A DNA stretch of 64,000 nucleotides, taken from contig JBDOQK010000002.1 in the NCBI GenBank assembly GCA_040437565.1, forward strand, positions 496,001 to 560,000. The letters run 5' to 3'. Below, piece by piece: positions 21,068 through 33,906 of the stretch; within the stretch, counting starts at the first letter, position 1, and every line of letters starts with the position of its first letter. The notes beneath the pieces were generated by a model, which saw only the letters and a program-made list of their open reading frames with translations, was not told the origin of the DNA and did no database searches. The stretch is from Albugo candida. Its lineage: Eukaryota. The position numbers were made by a program, and so were the translations under genes.

Positions 21068-22600
21068 TCATTGGCTTTTTTTATCTAATAGAGCATCTCC
21101 GAACCGAAATGCATCTTTGACATTATCCCAAAATCGCTTCATTTTGTATGGATTGTGCTGAATGTCATCGACGGAGTAGCTTTCTTCGGTATTCAGAATG
21201 CTGTCTGCTGTGAACATTCCACCCCAAGATTGATCCAGCAGTTTTTCTCCTGTTTTGGACATCGCCCTCGCTTCCCCTTTTATGCGACGACGAAGCTTCG
21301 TCCAGTAAACCATATACGAGGATCGAGTGTGTTTTCTGTCATCATCCTGGATCGCTTTCTCGTAGCAAGCGTCACGTTTGAATGACTCATTCGCAGTGAC
21401 ATTTTGTGAAATGCGATATAATTGCACAAGAATGAAAAACCATAAAAGCAGAGAAAGCATAAACATGAGTGAGCTTAAAAAGGCAAGTGCTTGATGTTGC
21501 TGATCGTACAAAAGATCAAGCGGTGAATACAAGGATCGTGCAAGCATACCTTGATTATCGCGTGCATCGCCCAAGACAGCCGGCTGGTCACAGTCATCAT
21601 ATCATCTTCACGCTCGAAACTCGGGTCATTTTCAAGCATATTCTCAGCCTGTACAAAAAACATGAGAAATCTGCTTTACATGCACTACGATGCAATACAT
21701 ACTTTGGTGAGAAATACTGTTGAAGCCAAAAATACGCCGTACAAGCACAAAAGCAGTTGAAGCTATGATGAAAACCAATGAACCCGAGAAACATTATCCT
21801 ACGACCATTTCCATACCCAGAGATAGCCAAAAAAGTGCTTGTAATTGTTTGCGCCTACACATCCATTGAACCAGACTACGACACGATAAGAATGCAGCCA
21901 ATCATGCTGAAAAGCAGCCCATTAATTCCACATAACGTACTGCAGCTACTCAGAAATCAAATGAACATCATTCTGTTCATTATCGATAATTGTACAAACT
22001 GATGGTCGAATCGGGCAACGCAGCAATTACATAATCGACAGTGCTTTGATCTTGGTAATCTCGGGTCATTCACAAGTACAAGTTAGCTGAAGATTATGAT
22101 CTGTTGATCTGACAGTTTCTATACTTTAGAATTTTGCATGTTTTGCAGTATTTATCTTCTGGGAACAGAACGGGATGGAATGGATATTTATGGAAAGATT
22201 TGATTGTGTGCGTGGTAATGATGCCGGGGTCAGAGCAGAAGGAAAGGTGCAAAAAGGAAAGAAAGCAGGCCAGGTAGACGATCGTGAAAGATAGCCTGAA
22301 ATATACATGCATCACGTCAAAAGCGTCAAGTAAACTTATGCGATCTCGCAGACATGTGGTAATTGCCGATATATCGATTCGGTATGAAATCTTGCATTTC
22401 ATGATGCAAAGCATAGTACCCGGCGGTCATGACAAGTATATATATGATCTATGAGAAGTGTTTGTGAATCAGATCAATATAATAAGTGTAAGGTGTACCT
22501 GGACGATTGGATTCTTTTCGATAAAGACATATTGTAGCACGCGTTTACCCGCAGCTTTCATGTTTCCGTTGCAATTAAGCGCAGATGTTGATCAATTCAT
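21068..22600 (-). CDS. DHHC palmitoyltransferase, SWF1/ZDHHC4-like (many short exons; 5' end unresolved, may extend to ~22800+)
   Basis: Spliced peptide NPIVQIIY...SDPGIIT...[44 protein letters not shown]...LCLYG...NVTANESFK...NPY. Confidence 0.88.
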
Positions 22601-25600
22601 TGAATTGTATCCAACCAACTCATGAATTGCTTCGTGAGAGATGAACTTACCTGGAGAATTTTGCGCGACGAACAAGTATTGTAGCGAGTAAAAGGTGTGC
22701 GCTTTCCAATCCCACATGTCTGCCTCGCGTACACGCAGACAGGGTGGGAGATCAGCTCTGGATTCAAACGTACTTACCGTCCTCCTAGTATCGGAACGAT
22801 CTTATCATTGTGACAATCAAATAGTTGAGTCCATGCTTTGATCGACGGGTGTGCTGAAAGCAATCCTAGACCAATAGCATCGACTTATACTTGTAAACCA
22901 ATTAGTTGAGCCAAAGACTGCGCCGAGATCTGATCTCAACATCATGGATGTTCAGTTGAAGCTCTCTTGCTCTAAATGTGCACGTACATGGTCATCGACT
23001 CTTTTATCACGCGCGAAACACAACCGACCCAAAATACAACGTGTGAATTCACTGTGAACTGGGAATATTTCACACCAAACTTGTCAAATGTTCATACGAA
23101 ATCTTCAATTCTACTCACTTCTCTCCTTCCCATATATCGTGTTTCTTAATCGCGTCCTCCTTGTTCTCAATCTTCGTGGATTCGACTTACTGGAGCAATT
23201 GTCATTGCTCTGAGGTAGTGATAACATTCCTTGTGCCTCGGTGCATTGAAAGAACGCTCCCTCATGTGGGGACCCCGTGCATCTAATACTCAATATTCAT
23301 TGATGATATGCAGCAGTTGTTCAGCAGCGCACATCTATACGCTCACTGGTACCACTGATTTAAAGGGGCATCAGCATAGCGACAAAATGGTTGTCTTCTA
23401 CATCTGTGATTGAGTTTTTACTTGACACAGCGTATGCGCAGTTGCGCTGCACTTGATTTCCTATCTACTTGAAGTGTGACATGCATCGAGCATAATGCAC
23501 ACGCGTTATCTTATGCGTTCCTTCTTCCTATACGACATGAATTCGAAATAAACAAACAATACAGCTGCCAATCGTTTCCGATGAATATGCTTCTACCCAA
23601 CTAATCCTCATCTCTCCAATTACAAAACAAGCGATTATCATAATCTATGCTTAATGTAAACCAGCTAATTGGCTTGTAAAAACTCGTTTGTCGTAGTTTA
23701 AATTCAAACCTTGCCTAAACGCGAGATGCATAGTAAAATGTATCGTGCACACCTGAATCGTAGCATGTATAGCAATCCAAACTCGAGGTCGTAAGGTTCT
23801 TGGTCGAGCTCTTCCATAAGAGGGTCTTGTAGAGCGCGAAATTACTGTTACTTCATTGCATTATAGAAGCAAAAAAGTCTGTATGATAATACAAAGTGCA
23901 GAATTTTGATCAAATTCAGGATACATGCCAAAAAAACACAAAGTTTTCCTAGATCAACAATTCATGTCATTGTGGTTAGAGACAAAAAGAGGATCGATGA
24001 TTTGAGATTGTAAATTGCAGCTGGTGGAAAAGTATCTTCAATAACGGCAATGAGCTAGCATTTATGCTATTGATGAGTATACCTTCAGTGAAACCATCGT
24101 CTGATATATAACGTTTCTTCTTTGCATTGCAAAATGATGTTTTACATTTCCTCTAGCCTGCATACGAAATCTTTTAGAAATTATATGATTTGCACTCCGT
24201 TATCCGAGTAATCATCGAATAGAAATTTACATGGGGCTGGTGCAAAAATAGTAATAACTTAGAAATGGTAGAAATAAGTCACGACATTATGCGCAATACA
24301 CCAAGAATTGGTCAGAGATATTGACAGACTTAAAATTGACATGCGTATTGAAATAGCAGGTGGGACGACGCGACTAGAGAACATTTTATCAAGTATGTAG
24401 ATACCCCGAGCAGTGTATAACAGCACTGAGATTGAGATGTGGTAGACAAGTTTCAAACTATGTGAGATAGATGAAGTCTAGTTTATCTGATCCATTTCTG
24501 CATGCATCAGCTCGTGACGTCATGGCCTCAATTTGACTCTGTGTAGCAACTGGTGACTGCATTAGAACACGTAAATATTTCACAGCCAATGTATGGAAGC
24601 AAAATAGTCCTTGAAACGTAATTGTAGAATATATAACATATCTCGCCTTCCACAATGAGTCAAAAACAATCATCTTTCTGCACCAGGGATCCTGATATAC
24701 TTTTCATTCTTAAAAACTATCAGCTACTGACCTTACTGTTATTACAAAGCTTCCCGTATCAGCAACACGAACACATCCTGGAGCCTACTCATCCATCCCA
24801 TTTTAGCTTTTCACTGCATGCCGAATACTATTCCAGCTTCATTTTCCTGTCAATTATGAGCACACTGATAAGAAAGATACATAAAAGCATCTGTGGCAGC
24901 TGATAATGTGTGCCTTGCCGAAGAGTCCTTTATTTTAGCTGGCTCAACCGACCAATTGAGACTCTGTCTAGCTTGTGATCGAACATGAGGTGTCTAGGAA
25001 TCATCCCACTTCTCCATCTGAATGTGTTACGATATCGGTACTACACGGAGTGACCGGATTTGTTTCATTACGGCAAAGTGATGTGTTAGGCACCTGCCAT
25101 TCCAATTCAGTATGTTTTGTGCAATCCTGCCACTGTCGACGAACCCCACCCACAAATTGTTATAAACTGCTATAGCTTTCGAGATTCATAACTGTCTGAG
25201 ATAGTTTTATAGCGACGAAGAGCTATCTTATCACTTGGAGTTCACTGACCCAAGTGCAAGATCGTTTTTGTAGGCGTTTAGAAAGGTAATTTCCCAAGCT
25301 AATTCACCCTATTTACTCTAACGAATCGTTGAATCGTTCGAAACCCTCTGAATGCAATCAGAGTTGTTCCATGTTGAAGTTTGGTCAAATTGGGAGCGAT
25401 CTGAAGCTAAGGACACAGAACGGGTTTGAACGTTTATGAGTCACACGACATATTTGTGGAGACTTGTGCTTCACTAGGTATATTTGTAAATCTAGAATAA
25501 TTAGGTCCTTAGTTCGCTACCTTGTACCCTGCTACCTCTCAGCCTATCCTTCAATTGACGTCAGACTGTGACGTCATGACCTATCTAATGTGCATTCGGC

Positions 25601-25659
25601 TGTGTAACCCCAGCACACCCGGGTACGTGCGGCACGACAGAGCTCGTACTCGGCGGCCT

Positions 25660-25975
25660 GAGATCTCCCCGGACTTGACTTCGCATTGGCTGTCTCGAAA
25701 GTCCTGTACTAGTCGCTCGCTGCCAATGCGAAACGTGTCGGATAGCTTCCTCGCGCTCCCAGGTACTATCACCCTCCAGGAGGCCATGCCCTTTTACTAG
25801 CCATTCTATCCGGCGGCTTTGCTGACGACGACGAAGCAACTTTTCCCCAATGTGTAGTTTCCCGAACATAACGCGCGGTTTTCACCCAGCAGCGTTCGGT
25901 TCTTTTATCAGGACTCGACGACCATTGCTACGGGACGGAAAAGGCAACTGCAAATGTAACTCGGGTCCTAGTCCT
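25660..25975 (-). mobile_element. Decayed chromoviral Ty3/Gypsy integrase C-terminus (chromodomain)
   Basis: EKLLRRRQQSRRIEWLVKGHGLLEGDSTWEREEAIRHVSHWQR, then a frameshift into LVQDFRDSQCEVKSGE. This is the chromodomain E.LVKW.G....STWE pattern with W changed to G, ending in a purine run, inside a gene-poor island. Confidence 0.75.
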
Positions 25976-26062
25976 AGATCGATTGCTATATCTAGGTCAA
26001 TGCGGTGAACATCGATTCTAAATATTTTATATCAATTACCAGCTGGACACCTTTTTATACTA

Positions 26063-27090
26063 TGGTAAGTTGAGGCAATAGGAATAAGGACTACGTATAG
26101 CATAAAGAATCATCAGCTCTCACAGGTGTCTCATACAACCTTCTTGTATGTACACATTTTATATGAGACAGCCTAAACTTCGGATAGTCAATTAGCCTAT
26201 AGTAATATAGACCTACTCAATCACGTTGTTCAACAGGCCAGTGCTCCCAAGGTGATGTTCATTGCAGCGGGTTCAACAAGCCATTCGACGAGTTGTTATA
26301 CCTGGATTGCACTTGCATATGTCGGGAAAATCACCGAAAATCTTATGTGCGAGTTGATCAAGCGCTTTTGACAGGTGAGATGCGCTCCTATTGATGGTAA
26401 AACTGCCGTCAAAACTAACAAAACGTGCGCACTGAAGCTTACAGGCTCTGCTGGATCAACGGAGTTGGCGATTGCTGATCGAACAGTCGACGATTACGAT
26501 CTAGCTTCCTTTTCGATAATTATCGANNNNNNNNNNNNNNNNNNNNNNNNNNNNNNNNNNNNNNNNNNNNNNNNNNNNNNNNNNNNNNNNNNNNNNNNNN
26601 NNNNNNNNNNNNNNNNNNNNNNNNNNTGGTAAGTTGAGGCAATAGGAATAAGGACTACGTATAGCATAAAGAATCATCAGCTCTCACAGGTGTCTCATAC
26701 AACCTTCTTGTATGTACACATTTTATATGAGACAGCCTAAACTTCGGATAGTCAATTAGCCTATAGTAATATAGACCTACTCAATCACGTTGTTCAACAG
26801 GCCAGTGCTCCCAAGGTGATGTTCATTGCAGCGGGTTCAACAAGCCATTCGACGAGTTGTTATACCTGGATTGCACTTGCATATGTCGGGAAAATCACCG
26901 AAAATCTTATGTGCGAGTTGATCAAGCGCTTTTGACAGGTGAGATGCGCTCCTATTGATGGTAAAACTGCCGTCAAAACTAACAAAACGTGCGCACTGAA
27001 GCTTACAGGCTCTGCTGGATCAACGGAGTTGGCGATTGCTGATCGAACAGTCGACGATTACGATCTAGCTTCCTTTTCGATAATTATCGA
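26063..27090. repeat. Gap-flanking duplication (26063-26526 = 26627-27090), assembly artefact
   Basis: 464 bp repeated at offset 564 around a 100-N gap. Confidence 0.9.
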
Positions 27091-28123
27091 CATTCCTTTA
27101 ATCAGAAGTGGATGATGCAATGTCGATAAATACCGATATCTGTCTAATATGGCATTTACCTGAAGTAATAATTCCGTATTGATTTAAGAACGCTATTTTT
27201 CTTGAGCAGTGCTCGCTGTTGCAATAGTAAGATGGCATTTTAGCCAAGAGCTGAGCTGTGTCCTATCTGCAACTCCAGAACATTATGCAAATACTTCTTG
27301 CCAGAATGTATTCTCTTGTATTGCGACTCGCCAGATCATCGTCAAGTCCAGCTAGAACTGATCATGGGTCTCAATCAGCCCACCAGTACACTAATCGGCA
27401 ATATCGATACACATGATCCATATCGAACCTCCTGGTAGGTCGATAATTCAATTGCATGGATAGTACAGGTGCCATGTCATCAGCGTGTCCGTCGCTCTCG
27501 AAGTCTACCAAAGGAAACGTTTAATGCCTCCACAAACTGCTTGGCCAACGGAGAAACCAACAAGGGCCCACAACACATACCAAAGCAGCTATAGCTCATA
27601 GTCAGTTGCTGAATGTAGCTTGTAATCGAGACCTTTTCTGACCCCGAGACGGTTTGTGCATTGTATATTACTCTCCTAAATTGCATCGTACATAAGAATC
27701 ACGGCATCGTGATTGCAAGTAAGATTCATGATAAGAACTTCTATTGTTCAGTCTTTTTACATAATGAATGTTCCATTGGCTCTTATCGTGACTGTTGAAC
27801 ATGCAGGACGCCTCGAAGTTAAAGTTCGCGTAATGGCACAGAGATCAAGATACATGCAAACCGATGCTAGATACATCGCAAATCACGATTACCTGGCTAA
27901 TGTTCGACAGCAATCGATGACAGAAGATCGGACAAATTTCTCGGATGCGACACAGGTAAATAGATGTGGCATAATAAGAACGGCATAGTTTATCATTTCC
28001 TTTTGTTGTCGAGTTCTTCTTCAGCTATGTCACAAATAGCAAGGCTCTTTTTATCAAATCATATCCAGACGCGATAAGCTTCTCAGTTTTGAGTGGCATA
28101 TAATCTGTACTGCGCTCTTGTTC

Positions 28124-30407
28124 ATGGTCTTGCACATATTTTCATTATCAATTGCCGCAGTGAGTAATTCGGATGCCGAAGTAAATGCCTCCTTTCATCA
28201 CCTCCTAACACGCTTTGTAGAAAAACTATATCGACCGCGAGAATGCTCGACGTAGAAGTTCGCAGCCTCATATAAGGAATGATGCCGGAGTCAAACTTCC
28301 CAAAACTGTAGTGGAGCAACACGCAACTCAAATCAAACACCATCAATTCCTCACTCAGAAAGATACTGTAGCTAGCCTAGACTCACTCATTCACGATATA
28401 CGCAACATTGTAGAAATATCCAGATCTACACGGCTTCCACCCTTGAATTCACAAGGATGGAGTGAGGCGGAAGAGGCAAAGTGGATTGGATGGACGCGAT
28501 GTATTGAAAAAGCTTTATATGACTTTCGTCCGTCAGACTCAATGATTGGTGATCCATTGCTTATAGTAATGGAGAAACTTCAAATTTTGATGAACGGCCC
28601 ACCTTATTTCTCAGATTTTGCAATACGAGCACGTAATGTATTGCAGAAATGGGAACGTGATGGCATATTCGAATCGACTGATTCCAGTGACACAGATGAA
28701 GATGATGACACAGAGCGAGTGCAAGCGAAAACGTATTATCAAAAAGAACTTCGAGTCCGACGGGACAGAGCATTGGACGATGATGTGGAGAATGAGGATG
28801 ACAGTCTGGATCGTCACCTATTTCGTGTGTATTCGAGTAGAAAGATTACAGCAATGTGGATCATCAAACGCAATGTACTCAAATGGATGCGAACAAGAAA
28901 GACATCGGAAGAAATCAAGGCTTTCGGTAACACAATGCAAACATTCATTCAGCACTATAACACATTCACTCGTTCAGCTGATGTAAAGGAAGTCCGAATC
29001 GGCGAAGATTTGCTTAAACGTGGGATCACGCTGAGCAAAGCACATGGCGAGCATGAGTCAGTATTCATCATAATGCATGAACTCATGCACTTTTCGAGGC
29101 ATGTCGCGTTGTATTCCATCGATCAAGCTTTGCGACAAGTTGAGATTCTCGATAAGAAATATTTACTTCAGCGGCTACGAAGTGCGTACAAAATTCAAAT
29201 GGCTTGGAAAAAAGCTCGTCAAAATCTTAGAGTAGAACAGCACAAGCGACAAAGTGTACATCGGTATAAAAGGGCGCAAATGAACGAAAATCAGCCGACG
29301 AGAGAAAGAGAAGTTCTCAAGCTCAGTCGACCTGACACACGACAACTTTCATCGAAGCAAAGTCCCGCTAAGCACTCGAGGCGTATGCTTGCTTCTCAAT
29401 TCATTCGAGAGCGTCCAGGGACGGCGGTTTTAGATGAAGCAAAAGAAGTGGTCACACATGAACAGGCTTCTACGCTTTCGAAAAGGATGAGGAAAGCAAA
29501 ATTGATACAGAATAGCTTGAATGCAATTCGAACCGCTACTTCTGTTAACATAAGAGCAATCGAGAGTGAGATTCAGGAACATGAGAGCCCACGACAGCCT
29601 CCGAATGGAGCTTCAGTCGCAGCTTACAAGGACAAATCTGATTGTTTAAACTCAAGTGATGATTACCTTGGCTATAGGCAGCAGGAGAAGAATGAAGTGA
29701 AGGACGTGGTGACTACGGTATCTGATACGGATACCAATATCACATCTTACACATCACCATCTCCCATGTCCACTGGCATTGAGTTCCGCCCTTCTGAAAT
29801 ACTTGAAAATCCAAGTGGTGGTAAATTGTCCACAACAAACTCGATCAAGAATGATTCAGCACTGCAAAGTAAAAGCCGCTTCAACATCACAAATGGAAAT
29901 GCAAATCTGGTTCTTGTTCCTCCGGCATCGAGTCGCTCCTTTCCACAATGGAAACGTTCCTCTGAAGCAGATCGTGTCTCACGTGTTATATTGGCGAGCA
30001 AAATGCAACAGGTTCTCCCTTTTGCTTCTTTTGGGTCCGTCAGTGAACCGCAACCTTTATTGTCAAATATGTCGAAAACTTCAATACTGAAGCGGTTGCC
30101 TCGACCAGGTGTTCTGAAGACTTCGACCGCTATGGTGCGCAAACAGCCAAAACTTTCTTTTCTTGTGAATACGAGACATGAGACACACCAAACATCTTCA
30201 ATCAAGAATCTGGATCACATCGATCGACTTATGGCAATCTCTGAAACATTTCACAATGACCGCTCCGTCAAGTGGACAGCACAACGATTGATGAATACTT
30301 CTACGACAGATTCTCCTATGCGACCTTTAAGAATGTCGCCTATGAACGTACACAGACTGTCGAACATCGATACGACTAATGCAAATCTAACTGCTGGAAA
30401 GGAATAG
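28124..30407 (+). CDS. Hypothetical protein with IQ-like motif and long disordered C-terminus
   Basis: Open frame from the acceptor at 28220 to the stop at 30407. Candidate first exon 28124-28159 (donor GTGAGT). SAYKIQMAWKKARQ is IQ-like. Gene ends uncertain. Confidence 0.6.
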
Positions 30408-30732
30408 CTATTTGTTTCTTTTGGCATGGTCGATAATCGGAATCAGACGGAAGTGCGTCACACCTCAGTCAGGCAGTGAAAGCCGGAAACTATTTATAGC
30501 GACTTGGAAGAATCCTCGCGTGTATCTTTCAATGAGTGATGCAAAAAATCAGAGCGTTTTGATTAAGCGAGCGTATGCCTCAGGAACATTTGGTCAGGTA
30601 GGTGATGAATGATGTTGGAATAATGTTCTGAACACGGTGATACTATGCAAAATTGTAATTATTGTAAGAATTCATATATAATCAACTTCAATAAATGACA
30701 AGTCAAGATGAGAATACTACTACAATGTACAG

Positions 30733-31569
30733 CTATTTGCTGTGTTGTGTGTCACGATGCCGCATACATGAGCCCCCTTTTCGAGCTGCTTGATGACAAT
30801 TTTCAACACTGCACCGCTTTCCACCCCCATGACTGTAGCACAAACCTTTGGTCTGAACACTTCTTTCACATTTGTAGACTGAGCATCGTTTTCCTCCACC
30901 ATGGGCAATACAATAACCACCACGATGGGCACACTTATAACATCCAGGAAATTTGCATTCTATCCGACCTCCATGAATCATACAGAATCCTTGTCTTCGG
31001 GCTACGTTGTCACATCCAAGAACGCGACAACGGCTACCTCCACCATGTGCTTTGCATAGACCTCCGCTTTGAGCAACTGTCTGACATCCCTCTTTCTTGC
31101 AGCGTCGACCACCACCATGCCGGATGCAAAATCCTCCTGCGAGAGCGTATTTGAAGCATTCCAGTACTTTACATTGTCGACGGGGGTTTGGAGGTTTTCG
31201 TGTGGAGACATTGAGTGTATTTTTCTGAAAACAAAGTAGATCCTGGATGGAGAGCTTCCGGGAGATTTGACGCGGTTGTACGGGTCCTGGTAAATCATCT
31301 GTACTGGAGTCCAGTGTGGCTTTTGTCGGAGCACTAAATGGCAACCGCGAAGGCAGACCATACAGAATCGGAGAATTCAAGTTTGACCCTCTCGTGAGTG
31401 CATCTCGAAGAGAAGGAAGTACTTTCTGATGATTCATACCGCGTCGTTGGGGCGAGATTGTGGATCGAATAGTCGGAAGCCCGTTCAATTTGGGTGGAGA
31501 GTATATAACAAGTGGAAAAGTGCACGACGAATACTCGTGAAATGTAGGACACAAGGCTGGGTCTTCCAT
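30733..31569 (-). CDS. C-x4-C-x9-C-x2-H-GGG repeat zinc-finger protein (WRKY19-like repeats)
   Basis: Six tandem ~24-aa repeats, e.g. RRCKKEGCQTVAQSGGLCKAHGGG. Likely start MEDPALCP at 31569. Confidence 0.85.
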   Translation of the reverse strand: MEDPALCPTFHEYSSCTFPLVIYSPPKLNGLPTIRSTISPQRRGMNHQKVLPSLRDALTRGSNLNSPILYGLPSRLPFSAPTKATLDSSTDDLPGPVQPRQISRKLSIQDLLCFQKNTLNVSTRKPPNPRRQCKVLECFKYALAGGFCIRHGGGRRCKKEGCQTVAQSGGLCKAHGGGSRCRVLGCDNVARRQGFCMIHGGRIECKFPGCYKCAHRGGYCIAHGGGKRCSVYKCERSVQTKGLCYSHGGGKRCSVENCHQAARKGGSCMRHRDTQHSK

Positions 31570-32349
31570 GGGCGCTCGCAAAATACAAGTCAGTTGATGG
31601 TATCCGCAAAAAAAAATACTGACTTGGCGAATAAAGCAAAACAAAATGATCCAGAGACCTTCCATTGGAGCGACAATGCAATGTTGCTGTTCTGTATTTG
31701 AATCTGATTTAGTACGAACGGCCAGTTGCTCCGTCGCCCCAGGTCTTTCTGTCTCTTTTTTTTTCTTTTTCATCAGAATTTTTGCATTATTTCCTCGAAT
31801 CACGAATGTATGACAATCAATATACAATTTGAGCATTTCCTTTTCCTCTAAGAAGCAGACGACCAAACCTTTTTTTAAATCTTGCTCATCACAACTTCGA
31901 GTTTGGAAGAATTGCAATGACACGTACTATACTAGATAAGAACGTGCATTAGGCAGCAAGTGCATTGCCTCTGTTTCTATGGGGACCAATGATGAGAATA
32001 ATCGCGTACCTGAAAATTTGGAAGAAGCGGACGTCCTCCTTGATTCTGAGACTACGGCATTGTACTGTCTGCTATGACCAGTATACAAACTCGGAGATCT
32101 CTAGAGTTACGTTGCTTGATGGATACCGTACGAATTGATTCGGACTAACGTAATTAATAGTTACTTACACATTTAAGGACCGATCCAAATTATTTTAATT
32201 TTTTGGTTTGGTAGCAAATTTTTAACGTCATTTACTGGACCTGTCGTATCCACGTTTATCAAAAGCGCGAGGTTCGTCATGGCAAGGAGCTCGTCACTGA
32301 TTAAATAGAATAAATACACGTGAGAAAAAATAAACAACGTTTTTACTTA

Positions 32350-33045
32350 TTACAATAATAAATCTTGCAGAAAGTCAATATCATCATCTGTCCATGTTTG
32401 TTTCTCTCCGATTGCTGAAAGCAATGGAACCACACTTGTGAAAGCGTCAATGCCCTCTGGAATACAAACCGATAGAAATGATTCTGGCATAAAATCATCA
32501 ACACCAGTGGGTGTACCATCTTCTGGCAACTTGTCAACGAAATGGCTCGATGTCATGTCGGAAAATGTCGTCGTTGGGTAGAGGGCTTGCAATGATGATA
32601 TCAAGTGTTCTTTTTTGTGTGAATGCAAATGTTCAGACTCGAGTGTCGAGTGACACTGAACGGGAGATTTTTCCACACACATATACTTCTGTGCTTGGTC
32701 ATTCTCGGATGGTGGTGAAGTTGCATTTGACAAATTTTCCGCGGGTGAACCAAGCTGTAATGCAATTGTTTTCTGTTGCTGGTGTTCGTAAAATAATTGC
32801 TGAGCAACAGCCATGGAAACTTGGCGTTTGATAACGGCACGACGTTGTGATCTTTCACGTCGACGAATTGCATGAACTGTCTGATACTTGCGATCACTAC
32901 GCCGTTGTATCATATTTTGCTTGAGGCGATGTTCTTCACATAATGAATGCGCCTCACCATTTCGTTTGAGTGTGCGTTCGTTAAAACATTTACCTGTTTT
33001 GTACTGGCATTTGCCATTATACGGTTGTTCTGTGAAAGTGTCCAT
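32350..33045 (-). CDS. Oomycete-type putative DNA-binding protein (CxYKTGKC...HxLCxxHR domain)
   Basis: KCQYKTGKCFNERTLKRNGEAHSLCEEHRLKQNMIQRRSDRK, then a basic helix and an acidic/aromatic C-terminus WTDDDIDFLQDLLL. Confidence 0.75.
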   Translation of the reverse strand: MDTFTEQPYNGKCQYKTGKCFNERTLKRNGEAHSLCEEHRLKQNMIQRRSDRKYQTVHAIRRRERSQRRAVIKRQVSMAVAQQLFYEHQQQKTIALQLGSPAENLSNATSPPSENDQAQKYMCVEKSPVQCHSTLESEHLHSHKKEHLISSLQALYPTTTFSDMTSSHFVDKLPEDGTPTGVDDFMPESFLSVCIPEGIDAFTSVVPLLSAIGEKQTWTDDDIDFLQDLLL

Positions 33046-33732
33046 GGTGTCTGCTTCTCAAAAATTTGGTGGCGGTCAATAAGTGAAAATGATTCAACTG
33101 ACTCGATGAGTTGGAAGATAAATGAAGTGTGAATTTACAATTTGTTCTTGGAAAATTTTGTGACTACCTTTTGTGAGGTATTGTTCCTGACGATCTTGAA
33201 ACAATGCAAATTGCTAACTGAGCAATCACCAAACTCAAGCCTGAATTAGACTTGCTCGAATTTCATGAGTACATCCTCGGTCTGAAAATAGTAGAAAGGC
33301 GGTAGATGGCATCTTTGTGCATCACCTGCCCCTAGCAGATTATAATTGTTTACTGACGCAAAAGATCTTTTATAAATATAGCACGCGCTATAGCGTTCAT
33401 GTGGAGAAGCGACTATATATAATTGAGCATTTCTTGCAGAATGAGTTGCCGGTTACTTTGTAAATGTTGTTTATTCAATTGTTCGAGGATAAGCGAGTCA
33501 TGTCTGACCCTTGCAACACACATGCAATCAATTTGGGTGTGTAGAAGGCTTTATTTTATCAATTCTCACCATGTCCGATCAAATGTAGCGAGAACACCTC
33601 CAGGCAGCGTACAGTGCAACTTTTTTCGTTAATTTTCGTTATCGCTATGTCTCACATGTACTGCATCTCATATCTGCGACATCACATCACTTATATGAAA
33701 CGCACCAGAGTCCTATAAAATTTTCTGCTACA

Positions 33733-33906
33733 AAAGCCTAATCAACATGCATGCTAGGACAAATAAAAGNNNNNNNNNNNNNNNNNNNNNNNNNNNNNNN
33801 NNNNNNNNNNNNNNNNNNNNNNNNNNNNNNNNNNNNNNNNNNNNNNNNNNNNNNNNNNNNNNNNNNNNNAAAGCCTAATCAACATGCATGCTAGGACAAA
33901 TAAAAG
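33733..33906. repeat. Short gap-flanking duplication (37 bp), assembly artefact
   Basis: aaagcctaatcaacatgcatgctaggacaaataaaag occurs on both sides of the 33770-33869 gap. Confidence 0.85.

Noticed and set aside
22058..22122. U12-type intron in the DHHC gene
   Set aside because: The donor is GTATAG, not RTATCCTT; only the GAG acceptor is mildly unusual.
23111..23293. Possible gag zinc-knuckle remnant
   Set aside because: Only a CYH-like fragment; the full CCHC spacing cannot be recovered.
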